This document shows, piece after piece, positions 40,138-49,197 of a stretch of 64,000 nt of DNA (its first letter is position 1; each line of letters begins with the position of its first letter). The DNA lies in the NCBI GenBank assembly GCA_023381415.1, contig JAMCUN010000012.1:344-64343 (forward strand), read 5' to 3'. Below the pieces are notes generated by a model, which was not told the DNA's origin, searched no databases, and saw nothing but the letters and a program-made list of their open reading frames with translations. Source of the stretch: Thermoplasmatota archaeon (GTDB lineage: Archaea > Thermoplasmatota > Thermoplasmata > Thermoplasmatales > GCA-001856825). Both the position numbers and the translations under genes were made by a program.

Positions 40138-43100
40138 TTACGCCTTTAGAAGTTCCATCAAGCTTAGGCACTTTCTAACATAGCTTCCACAATCCAGTCT
40201 AGTAAAGACCTCCAGTGCATTTGCAACGTTCTTAGAGCTCTCACTCCAATTACCCATTTTCTGATAAAATTTTGCAAGTTCAAGTGATGTCGTCGCATAC
40301 CTAAGCACATACCCGGATGATTTAAAGAATGAAACTACAGAAGTCATCTCATCTATTGCTTTACTCAAATCTCCGAACTTTGCCTCGAACACGGATTCCG
40401 CCTGTTTGACGAAGGACCATATCCATTCTTCGGTAAAATATGATGCAATATCCTTGAGACTAGATAGTATTTCTTCGGCTCTCTTCTTATTGTCTATTGA
40501 TGAATAGATCTCAACACCCGCACTTGGGACTACGATTCTTGCAAAAAAGGTATCCATTGTTCTAGGCAACCTTCCTAGCATTTCGAGAGTTTCTTCCATG
40601 TAGGTTACCGATTTCTCTGGCATTCCGGCCTCCAAGTACATCCTTGGTATGAGGTCGTTAGCGTGACTTAGGAATTGATAGGAGAGGCCTTCCATCCTGG
40701 ACCTCAGCTGATCAACCTCTTCCTCATTCACTCCTCGATAGAGAGAAATTGCTGACTTACTAAGAGATACCATTGCGACAAGATGATTATAAAAACGATC
40801 ATTTGGATTCAAAAATGGGGATATACGCTCGTCAATGAGCTTCATAGCTTCCTCCCATCTTCCTGCATTTATGAGTACCATCTGTATTAGCTCGGAGACG
40901 TAAACCATATTTAAGCCAAGGCCCATCTTCTTTCCATATGACTCCATGCCCTTTCTGAACGCATTTTCTGCTGAGGCAAGGTCCATCTTTATTTCCACCA
41001 TGAAATTCGCATAAAAGTCGTAATAATTCAGTGCTGAGCTGCTAATATCTGTTAAATTGTTGGTCCTCCCACTCCTAAGACCCTCTTCCAATCTCTCTGA
41101 GTTCTTCACAACTGAAATTATCCAGTCAATATCACTCTGCTTCTCTATGTCTAGCAGAATTGTGCCCATGAAATAGTCATTTATCGCTTGAAACTCCCAG
41201 TCAAGGTTCCTTGATTTTATGTAGTTGTCGGTCCACTTGTAGTATTTTCTTGCATCATCTATCCGATTCACATACCAGTATCTTGCAGTGACCATGATTC
41301 CAAGAGCAGCAAGGTCAGCCCCCAGATCTTTGTTATCTTCATTATCTTTCAAATAGGATTCTGCTTTCATCATTATTTCTGTCAGAGGCAGATAGAAAAC
41401 ACCAAATTTCAGCATTGTAGCTTGGAGCTTCAAATCTCCGATCAATTCTGCCGCATTATAGCCCGTTCTCCAGTAGTGTTCAAACTTGTCAAGAGGGCTA
41501 TTTCTCGCGGAGTTGCATATCTTAGAGCATACTTCACCAATTTCCTTTGCATAAGATTCGTCCTTATCCTTTACAGAAACATTCTCAAGGATATCGAACG
41601 CCTCTATGTAACGTTGCAGAGCCTCAGAATACTCGTAAGATTGAAACCATAAGTCTCCAAGTTTCACAAGGTATGGAACTGCCTTGATTTGTTCTCCACC
41701 CTCAATGAAGTGGTATGCCAGATCCCCGTACGAAGATTGGTTAAATATATCTCCTTTTTTCTCCATTATGTTAGCTAACTTCTGATGTAGTCTCCTTTTT
41801 TTCAGCATGCTGAACTGGTCAAAGAAGTAGTAGTAGATTTGAGGATTCTGGAAGAATAGACGTATGTTTCCTGATGTTGTCTTTCTTTCCCCCAGTAGAC
41901 TTTTCTTTATTAGTTTCTCAAGGGAATCGTAAAATCTATCAGAATTATCCTCAAGAAGTTCAGATAGAATTTCCGAATCAAATTCCATGCCTATGACTGC
42001 AGCATTTGAAAGGATATTCGAACTGAAGTCATCTACACCAGCTAAACTCTCTCTTATAATTCCTACGAGAGATGCAGGGATTCCCGAATTTTCTATTTGC
42101 TTTCTTTCCCAGCTACCCGTCTCGCTCTTGTAGATTACTTTCTTATCAATTAAGAATTTCAAGACTTCTTCAATGTACAGCGGATTTCCAGCAGTCCTCT
42201 TGTATATGAATGAAAGGAATTCATCAGAGATGTTTTTCATTGGTTCCGAAAGATAAGATGATATCAATCTTCTAGTGTCATCCTTGTCCAACGGGTGAAG
42301 GATTATGTGATAAAACTTCCTCGTGGACAGAAGTTCTTCTTGCACTGAATCTCCCGTCGGTGAGCTAACCCCGCCAACAGTAACAACTAGGAGGGCCCTG
42401 GAACTTTCTATAGTTTCTGACAAGGCCTTCATTATTAAAACAGAAGTTGAATCCGCAAACTGGGCATCTTCTACTATCACACATATTGGGCCTTCTGCCG
42501 AGATGTTTCCCAATATGGCAATTACTCCTTCTTGAAACCTTAGCTTTAGGTAATCAGGGTCTTGATTAGGAGGGTAAGCAACTTTTCCTAATTTTACCTC
42601 GAGATCAGGAAGTAGTTTTATTGCAACGTCGGAGTAATCACCGCACACCTTGTATATTAGCGCTTGAGACGCCATATAGAGGTACTCTCTCATTATCTCG
42701 TTTAACACATAATGAGGCGTACTTCTCTTGCTATCTCTGCACTTTACTGTGATCGTTCTCATACCTCTTAGGACAGAGTAATCTCTTAACTCGGATGATA
42801 GTCTAGTTTTCCCAAGACCTGCGTCCCCTGTTATCAAGGCGGCTTTACCGTTTCCCATTAAGGAACTGTCTGCGAGGTTCCTAAGATCTCTAATCTGATC
42901 ATCCAATCCTATTAGAGCCCCTTTGTATGTTTGAATAGTAATCGTTTTAGAATTTGTCGTTTCTTTAGGAAATTGTGAGTGAACTTTGTCATCTGGCGTA
43001 AGAATGGATGTGAGTGAGGATAGAACATCTGCCAATTCAGATGCGTCACTGTATCTTTCGTCAGGATTCTTGCTCAGAAGTTTCATGACTACAGAGTCAA

Positions 43101-43836
43101 CCTGAACAGGAAGGTGGGGATTGACCTTACTCGGGGGCGGAGGAATATCGTGAATATGACTGTAAATTAATTTGAGACTGTCCTCTCCCTTAAAGGGTGG
43201 AACCCCCGTCAGCATCTGGTAAAGGACGCAACCTAGGGAGTAAAGGTCTGACCTTGCGTCGGCTTCCTTCCCCAGTGCACATTCTGGTGCTAAGTATGCA
43301 GGAGTCCCTATGATAGTTCCTGCGTGAGTCAATCCGGGACTGTCAAAAGATTTGGCAAGCCCAAAATCCATAAGTTTTGGATTCTTTTCCTTCGAAATCA
43401 TTATGTTTTCTGGCTTGATATCTCTATGGAGTATCCCCTTACCATGAGCGTAGCTAAGTGCATCGCATATCTTTCTAGTTATCCTTACTGCCTCTCCCAA
43501 AGTCAAAGAACCTCCTAACTCTGAAATGTATGAATCTAAAGTTTTTCCATCAACAAACTCTATGACCATTATGAACCGCTCTCCCTCCTTCAAGAGGTCG
43601 TATATTGCCATGATGCCGGGATGAGAAAGTTTGGCAGTAGTCTGAGCTTCCCTCATGAGTCGTGAAAACGTATCACTGTCCATCGACTCTCCCTTAATTA
43701 GTTTCAGGGCAACAATGCGTCCTAGGCTGTTGTCCTGGCACTTGAAAACTATTCCCTTCCCCCCTTCTCCGAGTTTCTTTATTATAGAGTATCTCCCATT
43801 CTGGAAGGAAGTAAGGTCATCATATCCTTCAGGCAA
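40138..43836 (-). CDS. Hanks Ser/Thr kinase - STAND/AAA NTPase - TPR-like protein (paralogue 2)
   Basis: GEGGKG, VALK, HRDIKPEN, DFG, GTPAYLAPE; Walker A GDAGLGKT, Walker B VEDAQFAD, GNPLY, LAYHF; helical C-terminus. Confidence 0.92.
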   Translation of the reverse strand: MPEGYDDLTSFQNGRYSIIKKLGEGGKGIVFKCQDNSLGRIVALKLIKGESMDSDTFSRLMREAQTTAKLSHPGIMAIYDLLKEGERFIMVIEFVDGKTLDSYISELGGSLTLGEAVRITRKICDALSYAHGKGILHRDIKPENIMISKEKNPKLMDFGLAKSFDSPGLTHAGTIIGTPAYLAPECALGKEADARSDLYSLGCVLYQMLTGVPPFKGEDSLKLIYSHIHDIPPPPSKVNPHLPVQVDSVVMKLLSKNPDERYSDASELADVLSSLTSILTPDDKVHSQFPKETTNSKTITIQTYKGALIGLDDQIRDLRNLADSSLMGNGKAALITGDAGLGKTRLSSELRDYSVLRGMRTITVKCRDSKRSTPHYVLNEIMREYLYMASQALIYKVCGDYSDVAIKLLPDLEVKLGKVAYPPNQDPDYLKLRFQEGVIAILGNISAEGPICVIVEDAQFADSTSVLIMKALSETIESSRALLVVTVGGVSSPTGDSVQEELLSTRKFYHIILHPLDKDDTRRLISSYLSEPMKNISDEFLSFIYKRTAGNPLYIEEVLKFLIDKKVIYKSETGSWERKQIENSGIPASLVGIIRESLAGVDDFSSNILSNAAVIGMEFDSEILSELLEDNSDRFYDSLEKLIKKSLLGERKTTSGNIRLFFQNPQIYYYFFDQFSMLKKRRLHQKLANIMEKKGDIFNQSSYGDLAYHFIEGGEQIKAVPYLVKLGDLWFQSYEYSEALQRYIEAFDILENVSVKDKDESYAKEIGEVCSKICNSARNSPLDKFEHYWRTGYNAAELIGDLKLQATMLKFGVFYLPLTEIMMKAESYLKDNEDNKDLGADLAALGIMVTARYWYVNRIDDARKYYKWTDNYIKSRNLDWEFQAINDYFMGTILLDIEKQSDIDWIISVVKNSERLEEGLRSGRTNNLTDISSSALNYYDFYANFMVEIKMDLASAENAFRKGMESYGKKMGLGLNMVYVSELIQMVLINAGRWEEAMKLIDERISPFLNPNDRFYNHLVAMVSLSKSAISLYRGVNEEEVDQLRSRMEGLSYQFLSHANDLIPRMYLEAGMPEKSVTYMEETLEMLGRLPRTMDTFFARIVVPSAGVEIYSSIDNKKRAEEILSSLKDIASYFTEEWIWSFVKQAESVFEAKFGDLSKAIDEMTSVVSFFKSSGYVLRYATTSLELAKFYQKMGNWSESSKNVANALEVFTRLDCGSYVRKCLSLMELLKA

Positions 43837-44218
43837 GTGAACACACCTTGTTTATTTAATTTCTAAATCTGATTAATACTTTTAGGTGTGCCTTATTCTA
43901 TTAATGCAATGACAACGTCCATCTCTTTCCCCAAACCTAGACATTACGAAACTGTCCAAGGAACCTATGATGCATTTAGCAGAGGTATTAGAATACTGCA
44001 ATGAATACACATTTTCTAATGAAACGCAAGATGCTCGCTTAGCTAAAGACCCGTCCAATGTTAATCCTTGATGGGCGATTAATATTGTGTATCAACGTAG
44101 GCCGCTCAGAGAAAGGGGATTGCAATCGTAACAGGCTGACTTTTTAGAATGGGTGTCTTTGTAGAAGGAAGAAGCGAAAATAATTGCCCGTCCTCAAAAA
44201 GATCAAGTTTCGAACGTA

Positions 44219-44315
44219 CGCCGGGGGGGAGATTTGAACTCCCGATCTCTTGCGAGAACAAGCTTTCTGTATAACTGTTCCAGGCTTGCGCCTTACCGGT
44301 CTGGGCCACCCCGGC
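44219..44315 (-). tRNA. tRNA-Ser(GGA) with ~13-nt intron at 37/38
   Basis: GCCGGGG/CCCCGGC acceptor stem, CAAGC-CT-GGA-A[cagttatacagaa]A-GCTTG anticodon arm, long variable arm, GTTCAAATC, G discriminator. Confidence 0.93.
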
Positions 44316-44370
44316 TATATTCTACCACAAATGCACAAGGTTTATTATTATTTCCACATTTTCACCGACG

Positions 44371-45132
44371 ATGGAGCTTCTTGAAGGAACAACAGACGTT
44401 CTTGACGTATTCGTCAAGGAATTCGTGGGCTCGAGGCACGTTGTGCTAGGCATATCAGGTGGCATAGATTCTGCCCTTGTTGCGTACCTGCTCAAGAAGA
44501 ACATCAAGAAGGAGAAGATTCACCTGTATTCACTTCCATACGGGGAGGAAAGCAAATATGTGAAAAGGCTCTCTTATTTTTTGAATCTTCCCTACGAGAA
44601 GGTTGATATGAGCGATGCCCTTGATTTCTTCCGAGGAGACACGAAAGACTTGAGGGTAATCGGCAATGTCAAGGCAAGACTCAGAATGGTATTCCTTTAT
44701 ATGAAAGCAAATGAGTACGGCGGTCTGGTCGCAGGCACTTCAAACAAGAGTGAGCTGTTAACCGGATATTTCACGAAATTCGGCGATGGAGGGTCTGACT
44801 TCCAGCCTCTGGGGGACCTGTACAAGACCCAGGTTTATGAGGTCGCGAGGAGTTACGGCTTTCCCGATTGGATACTCAATAAGGCTCCGAGTGCTGATTT
44901 GTGGGAAGGGCAGACAGATGAGAAGGAGCTAAATATAACGTATGAAAAGCTGGACAGGATCCTCGAATGCTTGGAGTATCTCAAGAAACCCGAACAGTGC
45001 AGGATTGAGGGATGCACCGTTAAGGAGATCAAGAGGATATACGATATGGTTGAAAGCAATGCGCATAAGAGGGTAAATCTCTACATCCCGAAGGTGAGTT
45101 TCAGGTCTGTAGGTACAGACTGGATGGAATGA
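44371..45132 (+). CDS. nadE: NH3-dependent NAD+ synthetase
   Basis: GISGGIDS, GNVKARLRM, GYFTKFGDG, PSADLW.GQTDE. Confidence 0.96.
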   Translation: MELLEGTTDVLDVFVKEFVGSRHVVLGISGGIDSALVAYLLKKNIKKEKIHLYSLPYGEESKYVKRLSYFLNLPYEKVDMSDALDFFRGDTKDLRVIGNVKARLRMVFLYMKANEYGGLVAGTSNKSELLTGYFTKFGDGGSDFQPLGDLYKTQVYEVARSYGFPDWILNKAPSADLWEGQTDEKELNITYEKLDRILECLEYLKKPEQCRIEGCTVKEIKRIYDMVESNAHKRVNLYIPKVSFRSVGTDWME

Positions 45133-45135
45133 TAG

Positions 45136-45516
45136 TCACACTTGTTGCCTTGAAGGGTTCTGATAGGCTCTCATAAGATCATCGAACTTGACGTAAGCGA
45201 TTATCATGAATATTCCAACTATTATGAAACCGAAAATCAGCCCTACGATCATCCATATTAGTGTCTTCTCCTTAGCGGCTGAAAGCTGTCTCTGGTCTGT
45301 GAGCTTGATAATCTCCCTACACTCATAAAATACAACGATATCAACAACCCCCACTATGGCCGTTATCCCTAAGGATATAAGTCCAGTCAAGAGGAGAATT
45401 ATCCCGAATATGAGGGAAAGTATCCAGGATATAGTCAACATATCCCTTATAGTATTCTTTTCTGGCGGGTCGAAAAAGGGTTGATTCATATCCGGATTAC
45501 CAGGTTGGTTGGCCAC
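45136..45516 (-). CDS. Hypothetical membrane protein
   Basis: Three hydrophobic segments in 126 aa. Confidence 0.7.
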   Translation of the reverse strand: MANQPGNPDMNQPFFDPPEKNTIRDMLTISWILSLIFGIILLLTGLISLGITAIVGVVDIVVFYECREIIKLTDQRQLSAAKEKTLIWMIVGLIFGFIIVGIFMIIAYVKFDDLMRAYQNPSRQQV

Positions 45517-45562
45517 CTCGACAAAGTTCTGTAGTCGATATAAAGTTAACTAGCCTAAACAA

Positions 45563-45898
45563 TCAGACAAGCTTGAACGTTCCAGTTATTGAATCTATGA
45601 CGGAATCCTCGTCTGGTCCAAATCCGGAGCACGTGAGGGTGTCAGGTTCAACCTGAGTAAGTCCAGCATCCCTAATGGGACAGCAGTTCACTCCAATTGA
45701 CCTCGCCTTTGTTATCAATGACTGAAGTTCCTTTTCGTCCTTCACCCAGACTACAACCTTCTTCTGCCCCTCTGATATCCACTTTCTTCTCTTTTCAGAG
45801 GCATCCATTGAACACTCTACTGCGGCGTGAGCAACCTGCGCCGCTATCTTCCCTTTCCCCATGTCGAGGTCTTTCCTGACGGCTATTGCCATCTTCAC
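45563..45898 (-). CDS. pth2: Peptidyl-tRNA hydrolase Pth2
   Basis: VRKDLDMGKGKIAAQVAHA, GQKKVV, DAGLTQV. Confidence 0.96.
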   Translation of the reverse strand: MKMAIAVRKDLDMGKGKIAAQVAHAAVECSMDASEKRRKWISEGQKKVVVWVKDEKELQSLITKARSIGVNCCPIRDAGLTQVEPDTLTCSGFGPDEDSVIDSITGTFKLV

Positions 45899-45942
45899 TA
45901 TGTCAGAAATTATAATTACTATTTATTTTATCACCTTGGAAA

Positions 45943-46575
45943 ATGAATTTCTACCCTGCAATACTGATTCCCCTGGCCGTCTTCACGCCACTATTCTACC
46001 TGAACTGGAATAGGATTGACAAGATAGTGGAAGAATCTCTGTTTGCCCGCTTCCTGTTTCTTGGACTGCTGCTTGGAATATTGTATGCCTTTATGTTCGT
46101 ATATTCCATCTCTACACTCAAGGAATTCATCGATCTGACTCTGTTTGCTGTAATGATCTTCCTCCCTCTCCTTTCCACAGGAGAACAACTGTTCATAGTA
46201 ACAGGAAAATACAGGGGAAGGAAAGATATTATTCAACTCTCGTCCTCTATGGGGGGAGCCTTTTCACTCCCAGTTGCGTTTGGGGTCGCGATCGTATCCA
46301 GTTCATCCCTACCAAATTACGTATTCGTCGCTTTAATAGCCGCCTTTTCCTTCATAACAAACGTAATGTCGGCTGCGCTTCTGTCAATCGGTGCTTCCGA
46401 GAGCAGGATACTGCATTATTACGGGTTGGCATTTTTGATACAGGTTCTGTTTTCATCCTCCATTTTCCTGGAATATTGGTACGGATCATATTCTCTATAT
46501 GCGATTATCCCTGAAATTGCAGTTGCGATAATGTTGTACAAGAGATATTTCCATTCAAGACTTGGGTCAAACTAG
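45943..46575 (+). CDS. Hypothetical polytopic membrane protein
   Basis: About 7 hydrophobic segments. Confidence 0.7.
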   Translation: MNFYPAILIPLAVFTPLFYLNWNRIDKIVEESLFARFLFLGLLLGILYAFMFVYSISTLKEFIDLTLFAVMIFLPLLSTGEQLFIVTGKYRGRKDIIQLSSSMGGAFSLPVAFGVAIVSSSSLPNYVFVALIAAFSFITNVMSAALLSIGASESRILHYYGLAFLIQVLFSSSIFLEYWYGSYSLYAIIPEIAVAIMLYKRYFHSRLGSN

Positions 46576-46811
46576 CTGCCAAGAATGGCTGTGGTAACGA
46601 ACCTGAAATGTTGCAATCCCTGCCTAGATGGATAAATCCCGCATTATTAAGGAAATCAACAGCAATTCGTACCACACATATAAATTCCCGGTTTTGAGTA
46701 TGTAATATCAAAGGGTGACAGATTGCATGCTTACTTTCGATGATGTTTCATACCCATCGAGCAGGCGAATATTTTTAATCTCAACGTGGCTAACACTTCT
46801 AAAGGGTTCCT

Positions 46812-47306
46812 ATGATTATTCCTTCGGTCACGCTTCGAAAGAGGAAGATAGTAGAAGCTGAAGCACTTGAAAGGTACGAGTCTGGTCCGCTTTGGTTGGT
46901 AGATGAGGATTACAAGAATGGAAAGGAGCTGAATTTCAAGAGATACGATGATCTTTCAGGTCTTTACGAACTATATCTAGATGCAGAGATTTCCCAGGTG
47001 GATGACATTGCTGACTCAATAACTGGAGGGGCAGCTATGGTCACAATATCAGAAAACATTGATAAGGAAAAGCTGAAGAGAGCTCTTTTCTATACAGACT
47101 CCCTGATACTTTACGTCAGGAATAACTCGGAAATAGTGGATTTCTTCACGGCTAACGGGGGGAGCCGCATATATTCAGATACTCAACTTTTTAATGAAAA
47201 TATTATGGAATATACAAGCAAGCTTGTCTGTGAAAGATGCAACGTTGTAGTACCCATAGGAGGTTTCGATGGTCGACGAAATAAGGAAGCTCCTGCTCTA
47301 CCTTAA
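46812..47306 (+). CDS. Degenerate HisA/HisF-like partial TIM-barrel protein
   Basis: MIIPSVTLRKRKIV and DAEISQVDDIADSITGGAAMVTI resemble HisA segments. Confidence 0.55.
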   Translation: MIIPSVTLRKRKIVEAEALERYESGPLWLVDEDYKNGKELNFKRYDDLSGLYELYLDAEISQVDDIADSITGGAAMVTISENIDKEKLKRALFYTDSLILYVRNNSEIVDFFTANGGSRIYSDTQLFNENIMEYTSKLVCERCNVVVPIGGFDGRRNKEAPALP

Positions 47307-47712
47307 GAACACGACAGGAAAGTATGAGTTCACAGAAGCAGAAATAATGGCAACTCTGGCAATAAAGACTAGATTTCTTACCCCAGACCAGGTAAAGGAG
47401 TTTCTCAGAATATGCCTGGAACAGAGGTGCCTGAAACAGACAGACAACGGATACGCGATAACGTGTTCGATAAATGGTATAGAGGTGGGCCTTGATTACA
47501 GACCGGACTTCGATGCAATTGTGAATGAAAGGGACGTGGAGGACGTCACTGAGACGGTTGTAGCGCTTATCACAGAGAGGACAGGAATGAGCAAAAGAGA
47601 CGTAATTTCAGAGATCAACAAGATAAGGGAGAAGAATCCATTTTTAAGCACGAAGGTCGCATCGATGGTGATAGCAAGACTCAATGGGGTTGACGTAGAG
47701 AGATTTGTTTGA
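47269..47712 (+). CDS. DUF2240-like archaeal protein
   Basis: Size and pattern (..FLTPDQVK..; VISEINK..; VASMVIAR..GVDV). Confidence 0.65.
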   Translation: MVDEIRKLLLYLKNTTGKYEFTEAEIMATLAIKTRFLTPDQVKEFLRICLEQRCLKQTDNGYAITCSINGIEVGLDYRPDFDAIVNERDVEDVTETVVALITERTGMSKRDVISEINKIREKNPFLSTKVASMVIARLNGVDVERFV

Positions 47713-47721
47713 CTACTATAG

Positions 47722-48453
47722 TCACTTCACGAACTCCTGAGGGTCCTTGTTCAGGTAGGAAGCGTACTTCGTGGCTTGGTCGTATGCATCTAGTTCCATA
47801 GCGATGTCGGATGCTGCATCAAATATCTCAGAATAATTGGAAACAGCACGTATCCTCTCCTCCTTCCTCTTCAGCTTGGCAGCCTCTGTCAGTATCTTCT
47901 TGATTACTTTGTCTAGGGTGTTCAGGGGGGCGTCTCCTCCTTTCTGTTCGACAAGGAGGTAAGCATAATTGACTGCGGCTTGAGCCATCATATCAAGGTT
48001 GTTTGCATTCGTGGCCTCTTGCAGAGCCTTCTCGAAAAGCGCGGACGCTTCGGTGAAATCCTCAAGTATTGTTGCCAGTGAGATCATTGAATAAATGTAC
48101 TCATTCTTATCGTTGATTCTCTGATATATCTCCATTGCCTTCCTCCCGTATTCTATTGCCTTCTTGGTGTCATCAAGCACCAGAATCTGAGAGAGTAGCA
48201 GGTTTGTATCAGCAATTCTTTTCTGGTCTCCTTTCTCTGTTGAAATCTTCAGGGCTTCCTCTGCGTACTTCCTGGCCGTTTCTTGGTCCGGGACTTCCTG
48301 GTAGAGAAAGCATTCTGATTTTATTCTGAGCAAGTCGGTCTTGATCTGCTCGTTCTGGATTGAATCAATATTCTCATCTATGTACTTTATGCATTCTTTC
48401 AAGTCGCCGTTATCTTCAAGTTCCATTGCTTTCTCAACTATCTCATTGTCCAT
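47722..48453 (-). CDS. TPR-like helical repeat protein
   Basis: Repeated A..Y..KAL/AM helical pairs. Confidence 0.7.
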   Translation of the reverse strand: MDNEIVEKAMELEDNGDLKECIKYIDENIDSIQNEQIKTDLLRIKSECFLYQEVPDQETARKYAEEALKISTEKGDQKRIADTNLLLSQILVLDDTKKAIEYGRKAMEIYQRINDKNEYIYSMISLATILEDFTEASALFEKALQEATNANNLDMMAQAAVNYAYLLVEQKGGDAPLNTLDKVIKKILTEAAKLKRKEERIRAVSNYSEIFDAASDIAMELDAYDQATKYASYLNKDPQEFVK

Positions 48454-49108
48454 TTTTTCTCTCCTTTATACAACTTCTTAGTGAATTAATATTTTCCTCA
48501 ATATTGCCAGAGAATATTGCCGAAGCACTGACTATTATATCTGGACCTAGTGCAGCTATGCGAGAAATGTTTTCCTTCTTTATTCCTCCGTCTATTCCAA
48601 TCAGGAAATCAAGATTGTTCCTCTTCCTGTATTCGTTGAGATGTGGAATTTTCAGTGCAGCCTCCTCAATAAGTTCCTGGCCAGAGAATCCTGGTTCCAC
48701 TGTCATTACAAGCACGTATTTGACAGACTGTAGCAATGGCTCGATGCTTGAAACCGGTGTCTTCGGGTTTATGGAAATTCCAGGCATTGCTCCCTTCTTT
48801 TCTATTTCCTTAAGCACCCTGATTGTCTGCACTGGAGACTCATAGTGAATTGTAACTAACTTCGAGAACGAGCAGTACTTGTCAAGGTACATATCAGGGT
48901 TGTCGACCATCATGTGGCTTTCGATATTCACATCGAATTTCTTATTTATTGCGTATCCGAACGGGATTCCCATTGTGAGGTTAGGAACAAAGTGCCCGTC
49001 CATAACATCTAGGTGAATCCACTTGATTCCAGAGCGAATTGCCTCTCCTATGTCCCTCTCGAGATTCAGAAGATCGGCGGCAAGTATCGAAGCAGATAGT
49101 TCAGCCAT
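48443..49108 (-). CDS. rpe: Ribulose-phosphate 3-epimerase
   Basis: SILAAD, HLDVMDGHFVPN, HMMV, MTVEPGFSGQ, IDGG. Confidence 0.96.
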   Translation of the reverse strand: MAELSASILAADLLNLERDIGEAIRSGIKWIHLDVMDGHFVPNLTMGIPFGYAINKKFDVNIESHMMVDNPDMYLDKYCSFSKLVTIHYESPVQTIRVLKEIEKKGAMPGISINPKTPVSSIEPLLQSVKYVLVMTVEPGFSGQELIEEAALKIPHLNEYRKRNNLDFLIGIDGGIKKENISRIAALGPDIIVSASAIFSGNIEENINSLRSCIKERKNGQ

Positions 49109-49197
49109 TGTTCTCAAAGATGATTGATACTTTCCTAATAAATGTTAAACAGGAGGTGATCACAAAATTTCTAAATACCCTTTGAAAATTGCTTACA

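Noticed and set aside
35814..43840. Numerous 60-130 aa antisense ORFs opposite the kinases (and opposite other long genes throughout the window)
   Set aside because: Shadow ORFs of well-supported genes
44106..44309. 67-aa minus-strand ORF
   Set aside because: Overlaps tRNA-Ser; spurious
31460..44315. attL/attR duplication of the tRNA-Ser 3' end (likewise tRNA-Ala for the first islet)
   Set aside because: No matching copy found by eye; a BLAST-short self search is needed to exclude degenerate copies
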